Shown: positions 1 to 13,586 of the stretch, piece by piece | Position numbering within the stretch: position 1 is the first letter of the stretch | Layout of the letters: every line of letters begins with the position of its first letter | NCBI GenBank assembly: GCA_964016885.1 | Contig: OZ024741.1 | Span: forward strand, 374,170,001 to 374,234,000 | Direction: 5' to 3' | Length of the DNA: 64,000 nucleotides | Source of the DNA: Eledone cirrhosa | Lineage: Eukaryota | Notes under the pieces: model-generated | Told to the model about the DNA's origin: nothing | The model's input: only the letters and a program-made list of their open reading frames with translations | Database searches by the model: none | Program-made: the position numbers and the translations under genes

Positions 1-129
1 ACAATCTGAGATCAAACTGAACAAAATGCAGCGTGAGAAATATTTTCTCGTGTACATATAGCTAGTACGAAACGTTATTATCTTATTTAGATCAATTTAT
101 CTCAGATATGAATGGATGAGCGGTCCCGT

Positions 130-440
130 AACTCTTGCGGGAGTCATAGGGACGCCATATTTACATATGGTGTTTCGTGAGCATTTTTTAAACCTGGCGG
201 AATCCGCCCCACTCCAGATCTGAATACAGCAGATTTCTTCCAGAGACGAATAAAGAGTGATAGAAAGGAAGTGGGAAAGAGACATAGAGGAAAAATCGGC
301 CCAGTACTTGGCTGGTACTTTTTTATCAACCTTGAATGGATGAAAGACAAAGTTGACCTCGGCGGGATTTGAAATCAAAGAGAAGGGAGCCGAAACGAAT
401 ACTGCAAGGCATTCTATCCGACGTTCTGACTCTGCTAATT
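130..440 (-). mobile_element. tRNA-derived SINE, long-tail subfamily (shares head and central domain with the main SINE, different 3' tail)
   Basis: Reverse complement contains the B-box-like ttcaaatcccgccgaggtcaac and the central tttgtctttcatcc...ataaaaaagtaccag. It continues into the tail ctggaagaaatctgctgtattcagatctggag, also seen at 540-810, 1445-1830, 17630-17775 and 62780-63070. Confidence 0.7.
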
Positions 441-1444
441 CTCAAACATAGATAACGTTAAATGAATCCATGTAATTTTAGTTGTAGACAACTTAGCTTT
501 AACTGGGATATGTATTGTAGGTAAAGGGTCTTAACTCCTATTGGAGTCGTAGGGGCTCTATCGAGACACACGGCATGTCTTAGACATTTTAAACCTGGCG
601 TAGCCTATACCTCACTAAGTCAGAATGCAGCTGATTTCTTCTGAGAGAATACAGAAAGAATCGGTCCCTCTACTCTATTTCTCGGCCTCGAAAGGGTGAA
701 AGACAAAGTTGACCCCGGCAGGATTTGATCTCAGAACGCAGAGAGCCGGAACGAGTATCATAAAGCAATCTATTTCTCATTCTAATGACTCTGCCAATTC
801 GCCGCCCAGTTTGCTAATAAGCAAATCAATAACATCAATTCAATGTTGCGGCGTTTACTGAAATTGCCTTGTGGCTAGGGACGTCATTACCCATTAGAAA
901 TACTAGCAAAAGAACGGACGTTGTCCCATACTCCTTCTTTATTATAGTATAGATAGGTTCTTAGTTTGAATCTATTTTGGTACTATGTTACATGAGGTCA
1001 CAAATCGTTGTTTTTGGCGGTCGTATAAACATTGTATAGGATATTGATTGAGTTTGAACAAAATCAAGTAGGCCATGGTATGATTTGAACTCAGGACGCA
1101 AAACGCTTGTAAACATTCCTCAATATATTTCATCCCGCTCAACCTATTCTGCTAATCCATCACGCTGTGTTCGTGTTTCATTTTATTGACCACAGAAAGG
1201 ATGAAAAGCAAATTTAACATCGGTGGGATTTGAACTCAGAGTACAGTACAAACGAAAGCCGGAACAAGTACTGCAATGCATTTTGTCCTGCGCTCTGATG
1301 ATTCTGCAAATTTTCCACCAACCCTTGCTATTCAAATATGATTAGAAACCGGTGTGTCTGGAGATAAACTACCCATGTCTTAATAACTTCTCGCATGAGT
1401 GGGATGGATTGGCAGAATTGGTAGAACGTTGTATAAAATGCTAA

Positions 1445-1635
1445 GCGGCGAATTGGCAGAGTCGTTAGAACATTTGCCATCGATGGGATGCTTTGCGGTA
1501 TTCGTTCCGGCTATCTGCTCTCCCATTTCAAATTTTGCCGAGGTCAGTTTTGCCTTTCATCCTTTCGGGGTGGATAAGAAAAAGTACCAGTCAAGTACTG
1601 ATATCAATTCTTCCTTTATATCTCCTACTCACTTC

Positions 1636-1666
<31 letters not shown>

Positions 1667-1670
1667 TCTC

Positions 1671-1720
<50 letters not shown>

Positions 1721-1830
1721 TATCTTTCTCTGAAAGAAATCGATTATGTTCAGACCTGGAGTGCGATAGACTCCGCCAGGCTTAAAATACCCTAGAAACG
1801 CCGTAAGCCCCTACGACACCATCAGGAATT
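1445..1830 (+). mobile_element. tRNA-derived SINE, long-tail subfamily with internal (CT)n/(CA)n expansion
   Basis: Head ggcgaattggcagagtcgttaga, central domain tttgcctttcatcctttcggggtggataa...aagtaccagt, then tail tcagacctggagtgcgatag...cccctacgacaccatcagga. Confidence 0.7.
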
Positions 1831-2722
1831 ACAGGAGCATGCATGTATGAAATGGTATTGAAGTATTTTTTCTGATTCCTTATATTCTGAGTTCAAATCC
1901 CACCGAGTTCAACTTCGCCTTTTATTATTCTGGGATCGATAAAATAAAGTACCAGTCAAGTACTGAGGAATATTTAATCAACTTTGCTCTTCCCTTCAAA
2001 GATTGCTGGCCTTGTGTCTCAATTTAGAAATTATTACTGTATTTTAGGGTGGTGGATTAGTAGAAATGTTAGACGATATACTCTGTGGTTTTTCTTCCGG
2101 CTCTTTGCGTTTTGAGCTCAAATCCAGCTGAAGTCAACTTTACCTTTCATCCTTCCGGGGGTCAATTAAATAAACTAACAGTCAAGTACTGGGGTTTATT
2201 TATCAATTTTGTTCCTTCCCCAAAAATTTGCTGGCCTTGTGCCTAATTTAGAAATCAATAACTGCTTTCATTAATTTTTACATTTTCACTTGTTTAGAAA
2301 ACTTACAATATTTAAAATTTACAATATTTAAGAGCAACATTATTCGGTGATGATAAGATAAAAAGGTCAATTATTACGTTGTCCAATGAAGGACGTGCGT
2401 ACAATTTATCCGCAATTGAAAATAGAACAATGAAATTTGTATAATGAACATAGAAATGTTAATATTTCTGAGAAAATGTTAACACTCAAAATTCTATTTA
2501 AATACGCAACCACAAAATATTTCAAGCGTAGTCTTAGGCGAAAACCACGCAAATTCTGAAAGCTACGGAGGATATATTCCACTGTTAATCAGATCAAAGA
2601 ATTATTCTGTCATTCATCAAAGAATTATTCTATTAATCCAACTGAGTGGTTTATTAACATTTATTCTGAAAAACGAATCATTTAAGAACAGATGTTACTG
2701 TTAATAATAATAATAATAATAA

Positions 2723-3022
2723 TAATTGTTTCTACTTTTGGCACAAGGCCAGCAATTACCCAGTGCATTACTGGTATTTTATAGATCCCGTAAAGATGAA
2801 AGGCAAAGTTAACCTTGGCGGGATTTAAACTCAGAATGGAAAGGACCGTAACTCTATGCGTCAAAGTATGGCGCCCAACCCTCTACCGATACTGCCAATC
2901 CACCGCCATTAATAATAATAATAATTGTTTCTACTTTTGGCACAAGGCCAGCAATTACCCAGTGCATTACTGGTACTTTATTTTATCGACCCCGTAAGGA
3001 TGACAAGCAAAGTTGACCTCTA
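2723..3022 (-). mobile_element. cluster of main tRNA-derived SINE copies (head-to-tail, partly truncated)
   Basis: Repeated motif ttgtttctacttttggcacaaggccagcaattacccagtgcattactggtac...gaaaggcaaagttaacc...ctctaccgatactgccaatccaccgcc, each next to a (TAA)n tail. Confidence 0.85.
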
Positions 3023-4440
3023 CCAACGGAACCTGTCCCCTCCACAAGAAGTTGAAGAGGAGCAGTTCCAATTTGGCGAGGCGCGAACGGGGACAAGACA
3101 CGACGGTCAGGCAGTAGTAGATGACGGACACAATGTACGCGTTCGCCACCTCCACCCGACCTTTCAGGGACAACTTCCTCTCGGCCCATTTCTGGGTGAG
3201 AGTGGCTACCCTGATCGTCACTTCGTCCCAATTCTTATCCACCTGGTCAGAACCAAACTCTGAGCAACTTTACCGGTCCGTCCGTCCAACGCCCAACGAC
3301 GCTGTTGGACGGCATGGACTTGCCTCTCCAGGTGCCGAGCTGCAAGCCCACCGACTTTTCCGGGTTAAGTTTTGCTCCCGTCAACCTTTCATATTCCTCC
3401 AATAAGATGTCGACTACTTCGATTTCCGAGGTGTCCGACACCATCACGGTGATGTCGTCCGCATAAGCCGACACAGCCTTTCCGCGTCCCAGTTCAAGTG
3501 GAATGCCTTGCAACAGCTCCAACTTCCGCAGTAAAGGCTCGAGAGTCAATACGTACAGAAGGGAAGAGAGCGAGCACCCATGACGGACCGATCTGAAACG
3601 GTTCCGAAAGGTGGCCATTAACTTTGCCCACCGAGCAGGTGCCGCTGTGAATTGCAGCGATCCGCCCTCTGAAGACGGGACCGAAGCCAGCTGCCTTGAA
3701 GACAGCCTCCAGGTACCGATGGTCGACCCTATTGAAAGCTTTCGATTGATCTAAATTGATCAGAGCCCCACCGAAGCCAGGTTTACACCCTACCTTCTCT
3801 ATTATTTATCGCATGAGATGAAGATTGTCGTGTGTGGACCTGGTCAGGATTGCGCAAGTTTGTCCTCGACGACAAGCGCCAACCTCTTCGCTAACACCTT
3901 GCCCAAAATCTTAAACTCTGTGTGAGCATAGTTATGAGCCAGAAGTTATCTAATGTGTCCCTTTTGTTCTCGTCTTTCTTCATCAGCGTCACTACGCCCC
4001 GGCTCACTGAACTGGGAATATTTCCGTTCTGTTGCCAGTTGCAGTAGAGCGCTTCGAGGAGATCGGAGAACAAGTCTGGCATATTTACGTAAAGCTCGTA
4101 GGGCAGACTATCCAAACCGGGTGAGTTGCGCCCCGTGCAGCTTACTAGGGCTTCCCGAATTTCGGTCAAAGTTGTCGTTTTTCGCAGTGCTCAGCGCCAG
4201 CCGTCGAGAGACGCAGTAAGCCGTCGAGGTAGGGACTGAAGTACGCTATCGTCTCCGACCCATACGTCCCCCAAACAACCGAGCAAAAGTGATAGCGAAA
4301 GGCCTCACACTTCCGCCTGGAATCGCTCAGCTCGTGTCCGTCTCGGTCTGTCAAAGACCGAATTGTAGTTTTGTTACTACGCTGCGCCTCTGTCACGCGC
4401 GCCCATCGAATAGCTTTGGTTACCTCGTTTCTCAGAGAAA
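3023..4440 (-). pseudogene. Tx1/L1-clade LINE ORF2 fragment (reverse transcriptase), degenerate
   Basis: ORF pieces give SPGLDSLPYELY, RGVVTLMKK, SVRHGCSLSSLLYVLTLEPL, AYADDITV, and LSLKGRVEVANAYIVSVIYY...FNFLWRG. These are L1/Tx1 RT and post-RT motifs, broken by frameshifts and stops. Confidence 0.85.
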
Positions 4441-6539
4441 CATTGCTGGCCTTGTGCCTAAATAAGAAACAGTTATCTGACCGCAATTACATTTCAGACC
4501 TGTCAACACTCCCCGTCGGACGGGGAGATCTCTCACCCACTTTGGGGTGAGAGATGTCTTCTCTTGTGAAAATGTAAAATCTTGTGAAAATGTAAAATCT
4601 CCACATTTTGCCTCTTTTTCCTCGTTTTGGGAAAAGCAATGGAGCGACAGAAAAGGTAGAGCAACGTACTTATTGCTTATTTCTTTCTAAATTTTGCATT
4701 CAAACCCTGTTGGGGTCAACTTTGTTTGTCATCCTTTTACAGTAGTTAAAATGTGTACCAGTTACGTACTTGGGTCGATTCACTCGACTATACTTCTTTT
4801 CAAAATCTCTGTAGTTGTATGTCATTATCAGAATTCAATATCAATAATGGTGACGGATTGGCAGGATCGGTAGAGCGTCGGACAACAGGCTTAGCGGCAT
4901 AGAGTTATGGTCCTTTCCGTTCTGGGTTCAAATCCCGCCGAGGTTAGCTTTGCCTTTCCTCATTACGAGGTCGATAAAATAAAGTAGCAGTAAATACACT
5001 GGCGTCGATTTAATCGACTTTCCCTTTCCCCCAAAAATTGTTGATCTTGTGCCTAAATCAGAAACCAATATCAATGATTTCTACTGTAAGCACAAGGCTA
5101 GTAATTTGTTTTTAGGGGGGGGGGGGGGGTGATTAAATCGTCCCCGTAAGGATGAAAGATAAAGTTAACCTCGGGGGGGGGTTTGAACTCAGACCTTAAA
5201 CTCATAGTGTCCGACTCTCTACCGATACTGCCAATCCACCGCCCTGAAGCCAATATTAACAATGGTGAGAGGTTGGCAAAATGGCAGAGAACAGGAGTGA
5301 AAAAAAAAAGAAACAACTTTACACTATTTAATTCATCCAAAGCGCTTCTGTTTTTCTTTTTGTTTTTTTTTTCCATCCCTTCGTGGTCGATAAAATGAGT
5401 AGAGTAAGAGTTATAATCAATCGACTAGTTAGCTTTGTGCCTCATTGAAAGAAACAAATCTTGAGAATTAAACGGGAGTGCAGGAAAGAAGGTTTTGTCT
5501 AACATCTGTTCTTACGCAAGACGACTTTGCTTTTATTTTCGAGTTTCGTGCACAATTTCATTCCAGTTTCACAACTGAAAATGAAATGAAAATCATTGGG
5601 TGTAAATAAATTGCCTTTAAGCACTCGGTAATAACACACTGTTTTGTGTTAATTGTCTTCTCTAGGTGATCTCTCGTTAGATATTTTCTTCAACTTATAG
5701 AACAACAATAACAAGAAAAACATCATCAACGTACCCTGCAGGGTAATTTATCATCATAATCTTGACATGGAAATCATAAAACTAATTCTTTCGTTGTTAT
5801 TTTCACTTAAAATTGCAGAATTAGAAGCCTTCATTAAATACAATGACAAACGAGAAACTTTGAACCGTACAGAAAATTAACCTCAATTCTACAATATACA
5901 CACATGTATGTGCAGGTATGTGTGTGTGTGTATGTATGTCTGTGTGTGTGCGCGTGCGTGTGTGTGCGTGTCTATGTGTGTGTGTACGTATGTGTGTGTA
6001 CCTATGTATGTGTACGTAAGGTAGCGAATTAGTAGGGTCGTTAGGGAATCGGATAGAATGTTTTACGATATTCAGTCGAGCTCTCTGTGCTCTGTGTTCA
6101 AATACAACCAAAACCAATTTTATTTTCCATCCTTCCAGGGTCAATAAATTAAATACTATTCCAGTAATGAGCTTGATTCTTCTTCCACCATATAACGTTG
6201 CGGCCGGTAGATAGTATCAGCAATGGAAAGACTAATGGAAAGACTAATGGAAACATTGTTTCCTTGGTTCGATTTCACAAGTTCCAACCCACTCGGTAAG
6301 CAAATGAGGTCTGAGAATTTTGTCAATCGAAATCTATCTATATAGTAATATTCCCCCGTATACAATAATATTCCCCGTATAGAGGAAGTTGTCCTCTGAT
6401 GAGGAGACATAAATCTTGAAATGTTCTTGAAACGCTGAAACTAACCATGACTTAACACGGAAATTTCACTTTAAACACTAGAATCCTGTTTTTTCTTTAG
6501 GTCATCAAATAAACTTGAAGCTTTTGTTAATGCTCTTCC

Positions 6540-6720
6540 AATACGTCTCCCTCACCATCCTACAGGGAAACACCTTCTCTATTCTGTCCGCCGGGGCTGC
6601 AGGGCGGCCAGCGCGTGGGCCCCCATTTGCTCATAATAGTGAGAGATGAGGAGAGCGGGAGTGACGGAGGTAGTGACAGTGGGAGTTTGGTTCTTTTGTG
6701 TTCGGACCTGGTGTATATGT
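6540..6720 (+). mobile_element. 3' fragment of CRE-like RLE non-LTR retrotransposon
   Basis: ctcttccaatacgtctccctcaccatcctacagggaaacaccttctctattctgtccgcc reads LFQYVSLTILQGNTFSILSA. Homologous to the copies at 9655-9815 and 29210-29400. Confidence 0.55.
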
Positions 6721-6862
6721 ATATGTTTCACGGACACATACTCATAACAGCTTTTTTTTTCACCCAAGTTGAACATCAATTGTTTTTGTTTTTCGTGTTA
6801 CCTGGTGCAAGTAAAACACGAAAGTGATGATATAACAAGAAGCAAATATGGAGTGATACGTT

Positions 6863-7104
6863 GATGGACTGGCTAAGGATGGACTGGCTCAGGATGGACT
6901 GGCTAAGGATGGACTGGCTAAGGATGGACTGGCTAAGGATGGACTGGCTAAGGATGGACTGGCTAAGGATGGACTGGCTAAGGATGGACTGGCTAAGGAT
7001 GGACTGGCTAAGGATGGACTGGCTAAGGATGGACTGGCTAAGGATGGACTGGCTAAGGATGGACTGGCTATAGGATGGACTGGCTATAGGATGGACTGGC
7101 TATA
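6863..7104 (+). repeat. 15-bp minisatellite (GGATGGACTGGCTAA)n, about 16 near-perfect copies
   Basis: Directly visible. It explains the MDWLR-repeat ORF. Confidence 0.95.
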
Positions 7105-7184
7105 GGAACATTTGAACAATATCCACTGGGACGATGGGCTGAACAAAAACATAAAGAAAACAGCTGAACAATATTGTGAATTTG

Positions 7185-8795
7185 ATGGTGGTGAAGTAGC
7201 GGCTGTTGTGGTGGTGGTGGTGGTAGTGATGACTGTGATGGTGGTAGTAGTGATTGTGGTGGTGGTAGCGGTAGTGATTACTGTGGTGGTGGTGGTAGTG
7301 GTAGTGGTGATTGTGGTGGTGGTGGTAGTGGTAGTGGTGATTGTGGTGGTAGTAGTGGTAATGGTGGTAGTGGTAGTGATGACTGTGATGGTGGTGGTGG
7401 TGGTAGTGGTAGTGATGACTGTGGTGGTGGTAGTGGTAGTGATGACTGAGATGGTGGTAGTGGTAGTGGTGATTGTGGTGGTGGTAGTGGTGATTGTGGT
7501 AGTGGTAGTGGTGATTGTGGTAGTGGTAGTGATGACTGTGGTGGTGGTAGTGGTAGTGATGACTGTGGTGGTGGTAGTGGTAGTGGTGATTGTGGTGGTG
7601 GTAGTGGTAGTGGTGATTGTGGTGGTGGTAGTGGTAGTGGTGATTGTGGTGGTGGTGATTGTGGTAGTGGTAGTGATGACTGTGGTGGTGGTAGTGATGA
7701 CTGCGGTGGTGGTGGTAGTGGTAGTGGTGATTGTGGTAGTGGTGATTGTGGTAGTGGTAGTGATGACTGTGGTGGTGGTAGTGGTAGTGATGACTGCGGT
7801 GGTGGTGGTAGTGGTAGTGGTGATTGTGGTGTTAGTAGTGGTAATGGTGGTAGTGGTAGTGATGACTGTGATGGTGGTAGTGGTAGTGATTATTGTGGTG
7901 GTGGTGGTGGTAGTGGTAGTGGTAGTGGTGATTGTGGTGGTGGTAGTGGTAGGGGTGATTGTGTTGGTGGTAGTGGTAGGGGTGATTGTAGTGGTGGTAG
8001 TGGTAGTGATGACTGCGGTGGTGGTAGTGGTAGTGATGACTGTGATGGTGGTGGTAGTGGTAGTGGTGATTGTGGTGGTAGTAGTGGTAATGGTGGTAGT
8101 GGTAGTGATGACCGTGATGGTGGTAGTGGTAGTGATTACTGTGGTGGTGGTGGTAGTGGTAGTGGTAGTGGTAGTGGTGATTGTGGTGGTGGTAGTGGTA
8201 GGGGTGATTGTGTTGGTGGTAGTGGTAGGGGTGATTGTAGTGGTGGTAGTGGTAGTAGTAGTGGTGATTGTGGTGGTAGTAGTGGTAGCGGTGATTGTGG
8301 TGGTGGTAGTGGTAGCGGTGATTGTGGTGGTGGTAGTGGTAGTGTTAATTGTGGTGGTAGTAGTGATGACTGTGGTGGTGGTAGTGGTAGTAGTAATGGT
8401 GATTGTGTTGGTGGTAGTGGTAGGGGTGATTGTGGTGGTGGTAGTGGTAGGGGTGATTGTGGTGGTGGTAGTGGTAGTGGTAGTGGTGATTGTGGTGGTG
8501 GCAGTGGTAGTGGTGATTGTGGTGACGGTAGTGATGATTGTGGTGATGGTAGCGGCTGTGGTGGTGATGGTGGTAGTGGTAGTGATGACTGTGGTGGTGA
8601 TGATGGTAGTGGTAGTGGTGACGGTGGTAGTGGTAGTGGTGATTGTGGTGGTGGTAGTGATGACTGTGGTGGTGATGGTGGTAGTGGTAGTGGTGACGGT
8701 GGTAGTGGTAGTGGTGATTGTCGTAGTGGTAGTGGTGACTGTGGTGGTGGTAGAGGTGACTGTAGTGGTGGTAGTGGTAGTGGTAACAGTGGTGG
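7185..8795. repeat. 1.6-kb compound triplet low-complexity array (GTG/GTA/ATT/ATG/ACT)
   Basis: Directly visible. It yields the poly-Val (+), poly-Thr (-) and His/Tyr (-) ORFs. Confidence 0.9.
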
Positions 8796-8928
8796 TCAAC
8801 TTTGCCTTTCATCCTTATGGGGTAAATAAAATAAAGTACCAGTAATGTACTGGGTCGATTTAATGAACTCCCCCCCCCCCATCACACCAAATTACTGGCC
8901 TTGTGCCTATACTAGAAATCATATTATT

Positions 8929-9118
8929 GCGGTGGATTGGCAGTATCAGTAGAGGGTTGGACGCCATGCTCTGTAGCATAGAGTTATGTCCCTTTTCGAT
9001 CTGCATTCAAATCCCGTCGAGGTTAACTTTGCCTTTCATCCTTACGGGGTCGATAAAATAAAGTACCAGTAATGCCCTGGGGTAATTGCTGGCCTTGTTC
9101 CAAAAGTAGAAATAATTA
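8929..9118 (+). mobile_element. main tRNA-derived SINE, full length
   Basis: A-box-like tggcagtatcagtaga, B-box-like ttcaaatccc, central gcctttcatccttacggggtcgataaaataaagtaccag, tail ggccttgttccaaaagtagaaataattatt. Confidence 0.85.
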
Positions 9119-9654
9119 TTGTATTATTGCCAGTATATTTTGTTGGCCCCACTCGGTCACAAATGACCATGGTTTTGCACCTAGAAAGTTTCCCCTCGAA
9201 GGCACAAGCCTGGGCAAGGTTTTGTTTTGTGGAAGACCAGTAGTCGCCCATGCATACCTGCCTCCCCCTCTCCGCGCCACTGATGTTGTCCAAGGAAAAG
9301 ACAATGACCGCAGCTCATTTCTACAGCTGAGTATATGGGGGAGGCGTAAACAGAGGTTGACTGACCTATGGGTATTTGGTCAATATCCGGTGGGCCGCTG
9401 GGCTGAAGGGATAAAATGATGTCATGAAAAACTGAAGTCAGACGTTGCACAGTGGTTAAAACGATAATGAAACGCCTCTTAGCTGAGCAGTGAATACACG
9501 ACTCTGGTCCTCGCTTATAAGCTGTCTGTGGGAGAGTTAAATCTAAAATAAATAAGTAATGTTCCAAACACCAACCTAATAATACATGCAGGAATCGCAA
9601 ACACAAGGTTCTAAAAACCTTCGCTAAGTACAAACCACTACCTCCCTACGGACA

Positions 9655-9815
9655 ACTGACGCTGCACACCAGGTCCGAACACGGAAGAACCGAACTCCCA
9701 CTGTCATCGCCTCCATCTCTCTCTCCCTCCCCATCTCTCTGCAAATGGGGTCGCAGGTGCTGGCCCCGGTGGACAGAATTGAGAAGGCGTTTCCCCGGAG
9801 GATGGTAAGGGAGAA
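9655..9815 (-). mobile_element. 3' fragment of CRE-like RLE retrotransposon
   Basis: Reverse complement ccatcctccggggaaacgccttctcaattctgtccacc reads ILRGNAFSILST, followed by the same 3' UTR as the 29210-29400 copy. Confidence 0.55.
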
Positions 9816-11217
9816 CTGTTTGATCGAGGACAGAGAAAAGTATAGAAAATGTCATAAGAAAAACTAACCCCAACAAAATTTGAGCAGACCGTGAGCTGTC
9901 TGTTAGTCAATGCCGCCTTAGCTGATTAGTGAATATACACTTCTGGCCCTCAGCAGTCAGTAATCTGTTAGGGCCACCTTAGTTGATCAGTGAAAACACT
10001 TATGGTCCAAAGCTGGCAGCTATCAGTTAATCAGTGTTGTCCGGTTCAGTTTTAAGAAAGATCCAGTCCGGTTTTAGGAAAAACCCAGTCTGCTTCCACC
10101 TCCATCTGTGTTCAAAAGTCTTTCCATGTTTTCTATTATGCTGGTTATATTTCTAGTTAATTTTGTAGCTGCTAAAGTTGTTATACTTTGAACAGAAGCT
10201 TTAATATTTCAGCATTACTGCGAAATGTTCGTGCAGTTGTAAACAGTTCTTCCAATATCTACAGCTCGTTGTTCAGTATCGAATCTCCATAACACTTTTA
10301 ATTTAGTTTCTCGTAACTTGATCAAATATTAAGCAACAAATTGGATATGAATGTTTCAATTCGTTGTCAAGTGACACTTCTTGTTTCATTTACTTTGTAA
10401 TAAGTGTTCGCTAGACAAATCGCCTTTTTTTTTTATTGTTTTATCGTTTTCCGGGGAGGGGGATCTTTTTGCTCTTTTATCTATTATATTTGTATTATCG
10501 TTCAACAGCTATTCAAGATTTATATGAACGCGAACACATTGTATTACAATTATTTACTCAAGTTGCTTTCGGACTTAACTTTCCTATAAATTACATTGTG
10601 TAATGGTTTTGCTTTCACGTTATATCTCGTATCAAGCCAATATTACTGACATTATTCAGCTAGGATTGTTGGTTGCGTACTTTCACAGAGCCGACATTTG
10701 GTACTACACATTTTATAGTATCTTTAGCCAATGTCCATTCAAGAATCTAATTCGTGAGAATCAATATTTGTTCATCAAATACTAGAAGGTTGTCACAGTA
10801 TGCTATTTACCTCCTTCTCACTGGAGTTATATTATTTGTTTTGACAAGCCACAGACGAGAAAGAAAATACTAGTCCTGCATTCTTCCATACGTCTTCCTA
10901 AAACATCATAAATATTTCGCTGACTTTTTTATCCTTCCAGCTTTCATATGTAATTAATATATAATGAAATGTGTTTTCTTTCGTTGGCTTCAAGTTCAAC
11001 TATGATATGTTTCAATCATAAAAGGGATTAAGTTGAACATATACGTTTGAGATTCTAAAATCTTATACATATTTAGGAGAAAACCAAACACATGATGGAT
11101 TCGATACAAATAAAGACGCAAGACATTTTACATTTACACTCTATGTGTCATTGCCTTTTTGTTCGTTTATTTTGTGTGTGTTCGAGGAAGGGGCTGGACC
11201 CATATCCTTTGCAAATC

Positions 11218-11414
11218 TCAAACCTGTCAACTGTTCCCATCCGACGGTGAAATCTCCCCGTTTTGGGTCATTTCTCCCTCGTCTCCCTGTTTTTGTGAAA
11301 ATGGGTATAGCTTTCATTGTGTAAAATCTCCTCATTTTACCTTATTTCTCCCCAATTTGGGGGCGCTTTTTTTTAATAGTACTCCCCGTTTGGGTTTTAG
11401 AGGTTAGCATGTCG
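11218..11414. mobile_element. hAT-like MITE, degenerate; related end at 4496-4560
   Basis: Imperfect terminal inverted repeats caaacctgtcaac / gttagcatgtcg. Similar start cagacctgtcaacactcccc at 4496. Confidence 0.4.
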
Positions 11415-11756
11415 GAAATCCTCTCCGAAACCGGTGGAGATAACATAGTTAACACTCCTCTTGAATAGTTGCAAGTCATTGACTACAAGAAAACATGTGT
11501 AGAATCGCCATTGCATGAGAAAAATTTAGAAAAAAATAGCATCATTTGAACAGATAGAAAAATGAATAAGAAGACAAAAGTACAAAGACAATGCCTGATT
11601 AAACTAGTAGCTAAAAATAGCATTTGCTACGGGCTCCGCATTTTTAGGGACCGCACGCTTGATGATCCGGTAAGGATTCCAAATCCTTTTCGTTATGTTT
11701 ACCCAGTGGAAATTTTTCAAAAGTAGATTTATCCCCACAGTGTGCACTGTGCTTCC

Positions 11757-12110
11757 ATGTGAAGAAGGTCTTTGGAGTAACGTTGTTCAATCAAGAGAGT
11801 AACTCAGAGATCAAAGTCGTCCCAAGTAGAGCCGTTTTTTCTCTCCGAATTGAGAGATCACAGCTCCGATACTACGGGTATGTGGGTAGAATGTCTCTGG
11901 ACAGAATCGCTGGGCAGAATTTACGGATAAAAACAACTGGCAGGAGACCCAGGGGTAGACCCCGAACAAGATGGTTGAATAACATCCACGGACTCAGCTG
12001 GTCTCGCTTAAGTATCCAGCCGGACCAATTGGAGACGGTTGCTTCTGACAGGACCCGCTGGAAGGAATGTTTGAGGACTCTACCCCCACGATTCTCCCAG
12101 AAATAATAAT
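11757..12110 (+). pseudogene. RTE-clade LINE 3' fragment
   Basis: IERSQLRYYGYVGRM...GRRPRGRPRTRWLNNI...DRTRWKE is the typical RTE ORF C-terminus, and it ends in a (TAA)n tail. Confidence 0.8.
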
Positions 12111-12819
12111 AATTTCTACTATAGGCACAAGGTCAGCGATTTTGGAGGAGGGTCGATTAAATCGAACCCAATGTGTTACTGATACTTTATTTTATCGACC
12201 CCGTAAGGATGAGATGAAAGGTAACGCTAACCTCGGCAGGTTTTGAAATCAGAACATAAAGGGACGTAACTATGCCACGAAGCATGGTGTCTGACGCTCT
12301 ACCTATTCTGCCAATCCAAAGAAGAAGAAGAAGATTTATCTTCCACTCTGCTTTATTCAGTAATATGGATGTAGATCATACAACAAGGAGAAAATGTTAA
12401 AATCCTATCGATGAGAGAGAGAATGAATGAGAAGTGTTCAGCCACATTGATGTATTTATTCTACTTTGTCATTGATTTCTTGAAAGAGTTATTCTCATCT
12501 AAATTAGACTATTACATTGGTAACATGATAATTAAAAAGGTATAAAATACAGATAATTAAGTCCAAAACTATCGAAAGAAAATAAATTAGATTTTTAATA
12601 AACAAAATTGGCCTACTTCAAATTTTCTTCTCAATGTTTAACTGTTTTAAGCTATAACTAAAAAATACTTCGTTTTTTTTTTTTGTTAGTTTTGTCAAAT
12701 TGTTGATGTGGAATGATGTGCTGAAGGAGATAGTGTTATGCTTTTGGAGAGTCATGATGCCAGTAAAAACACACGCCCCAGTTAGTTTTAGCTTCGTTTT
12801 TAGTATTAGTTAGCTATGG

Positions 12820-13252
12820 ATGGATTGAATTGGCAGTATCTGTAGTGCGTCGAACATCATGCTTTGTGGCATAGAGTTGCGGCACTTTACGTTCTGAATT
12901 CAAATCCCGCTGAGGTTAACTTTGCCTTTCATCCTTGCGGGGTCGATAAAATAAAGTACCAGTCACGCACTGTGGTCAATTTAATCGATTTTCCCCTCAC
13001 TCAAAATTGCTGGCCTTGTGACTAAATCAGAAACCATTATTTGTTAGGTAAGGGTGGTGGATTGGCAGTATCGGTAGAGCGTCGGACATATAGTTACGGC
13101 CTTTTATGTTCTGAGTTCAAATTCCACCGAGGTTGATTTTGCCTTTCATCATTAAAGGGTTGATAAAATAAAGTACCAGTAACGTACTGGGCTCGATTTA
13201 ATCGACTTTTCCCTTCTCTTCAATTTGCTGGCCTTGTGTCAAAAGTAGAAAT
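12820..13252 (+). mobile_element. two tandem main-SINE copies
   Basis: Two heads (ttggcagtatc...gttcaaat) each followed by the central domain and the ggccttgtg tail. Confidence 0.8.
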
Positions 13253-13586
13253 TAGTTAGGTAACTAATCTATTCTTCGCTTAGTTCAGTAACCAGATGGT
13301 TATTTAATTGTCAAAGCTCTTTCGTCACACATACCGTGACCTTCTCAATGACTATTATTCTTCCTCTGTGCCTTCTCTTTGTTTTTATTTTGTTTTATTT
13401 ATTCCATCTTGTCTTTCTGAAAGACAAATTCGAGTAAACAATGTGTATTTTTAGCAACATGACCCTCCCAAAGTAAAATAATAAAAACATATGTACACAT
13501 CCAGTATCACCAATTTTACTCGTTGGGATAAATGTACCCCAGGTTGGGAACCTTCGAAGTATTTTGAATACTTCCGAGGTCAGATA

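Noticed and set aside
6397-6440. CTGATGA...GAAAC hammerhead candidate
   Set aside because: Stem II pairs poorly and no NUH or stem I follows GAAAC.
6863-7104. Regular short repeat array as a CRISPR or an MDWLR-repeat protein
   Set aside because: No spacers, no cas genes, eukaryotic context; it is a plain 15-bp minisatellite.
7112-8845. 577-aa poly-Val ORF
   Set aside because: Product of a GTN triplet array ending in SINE sequence (VNFAFHPYG..KIKYQ); not a plausible protein.
8929-9020. SINE heads as tRNA genes
   Set aside because: A/B-box-like motifs are present but there is no cloverleaf, and they are always fused to the SINE body.
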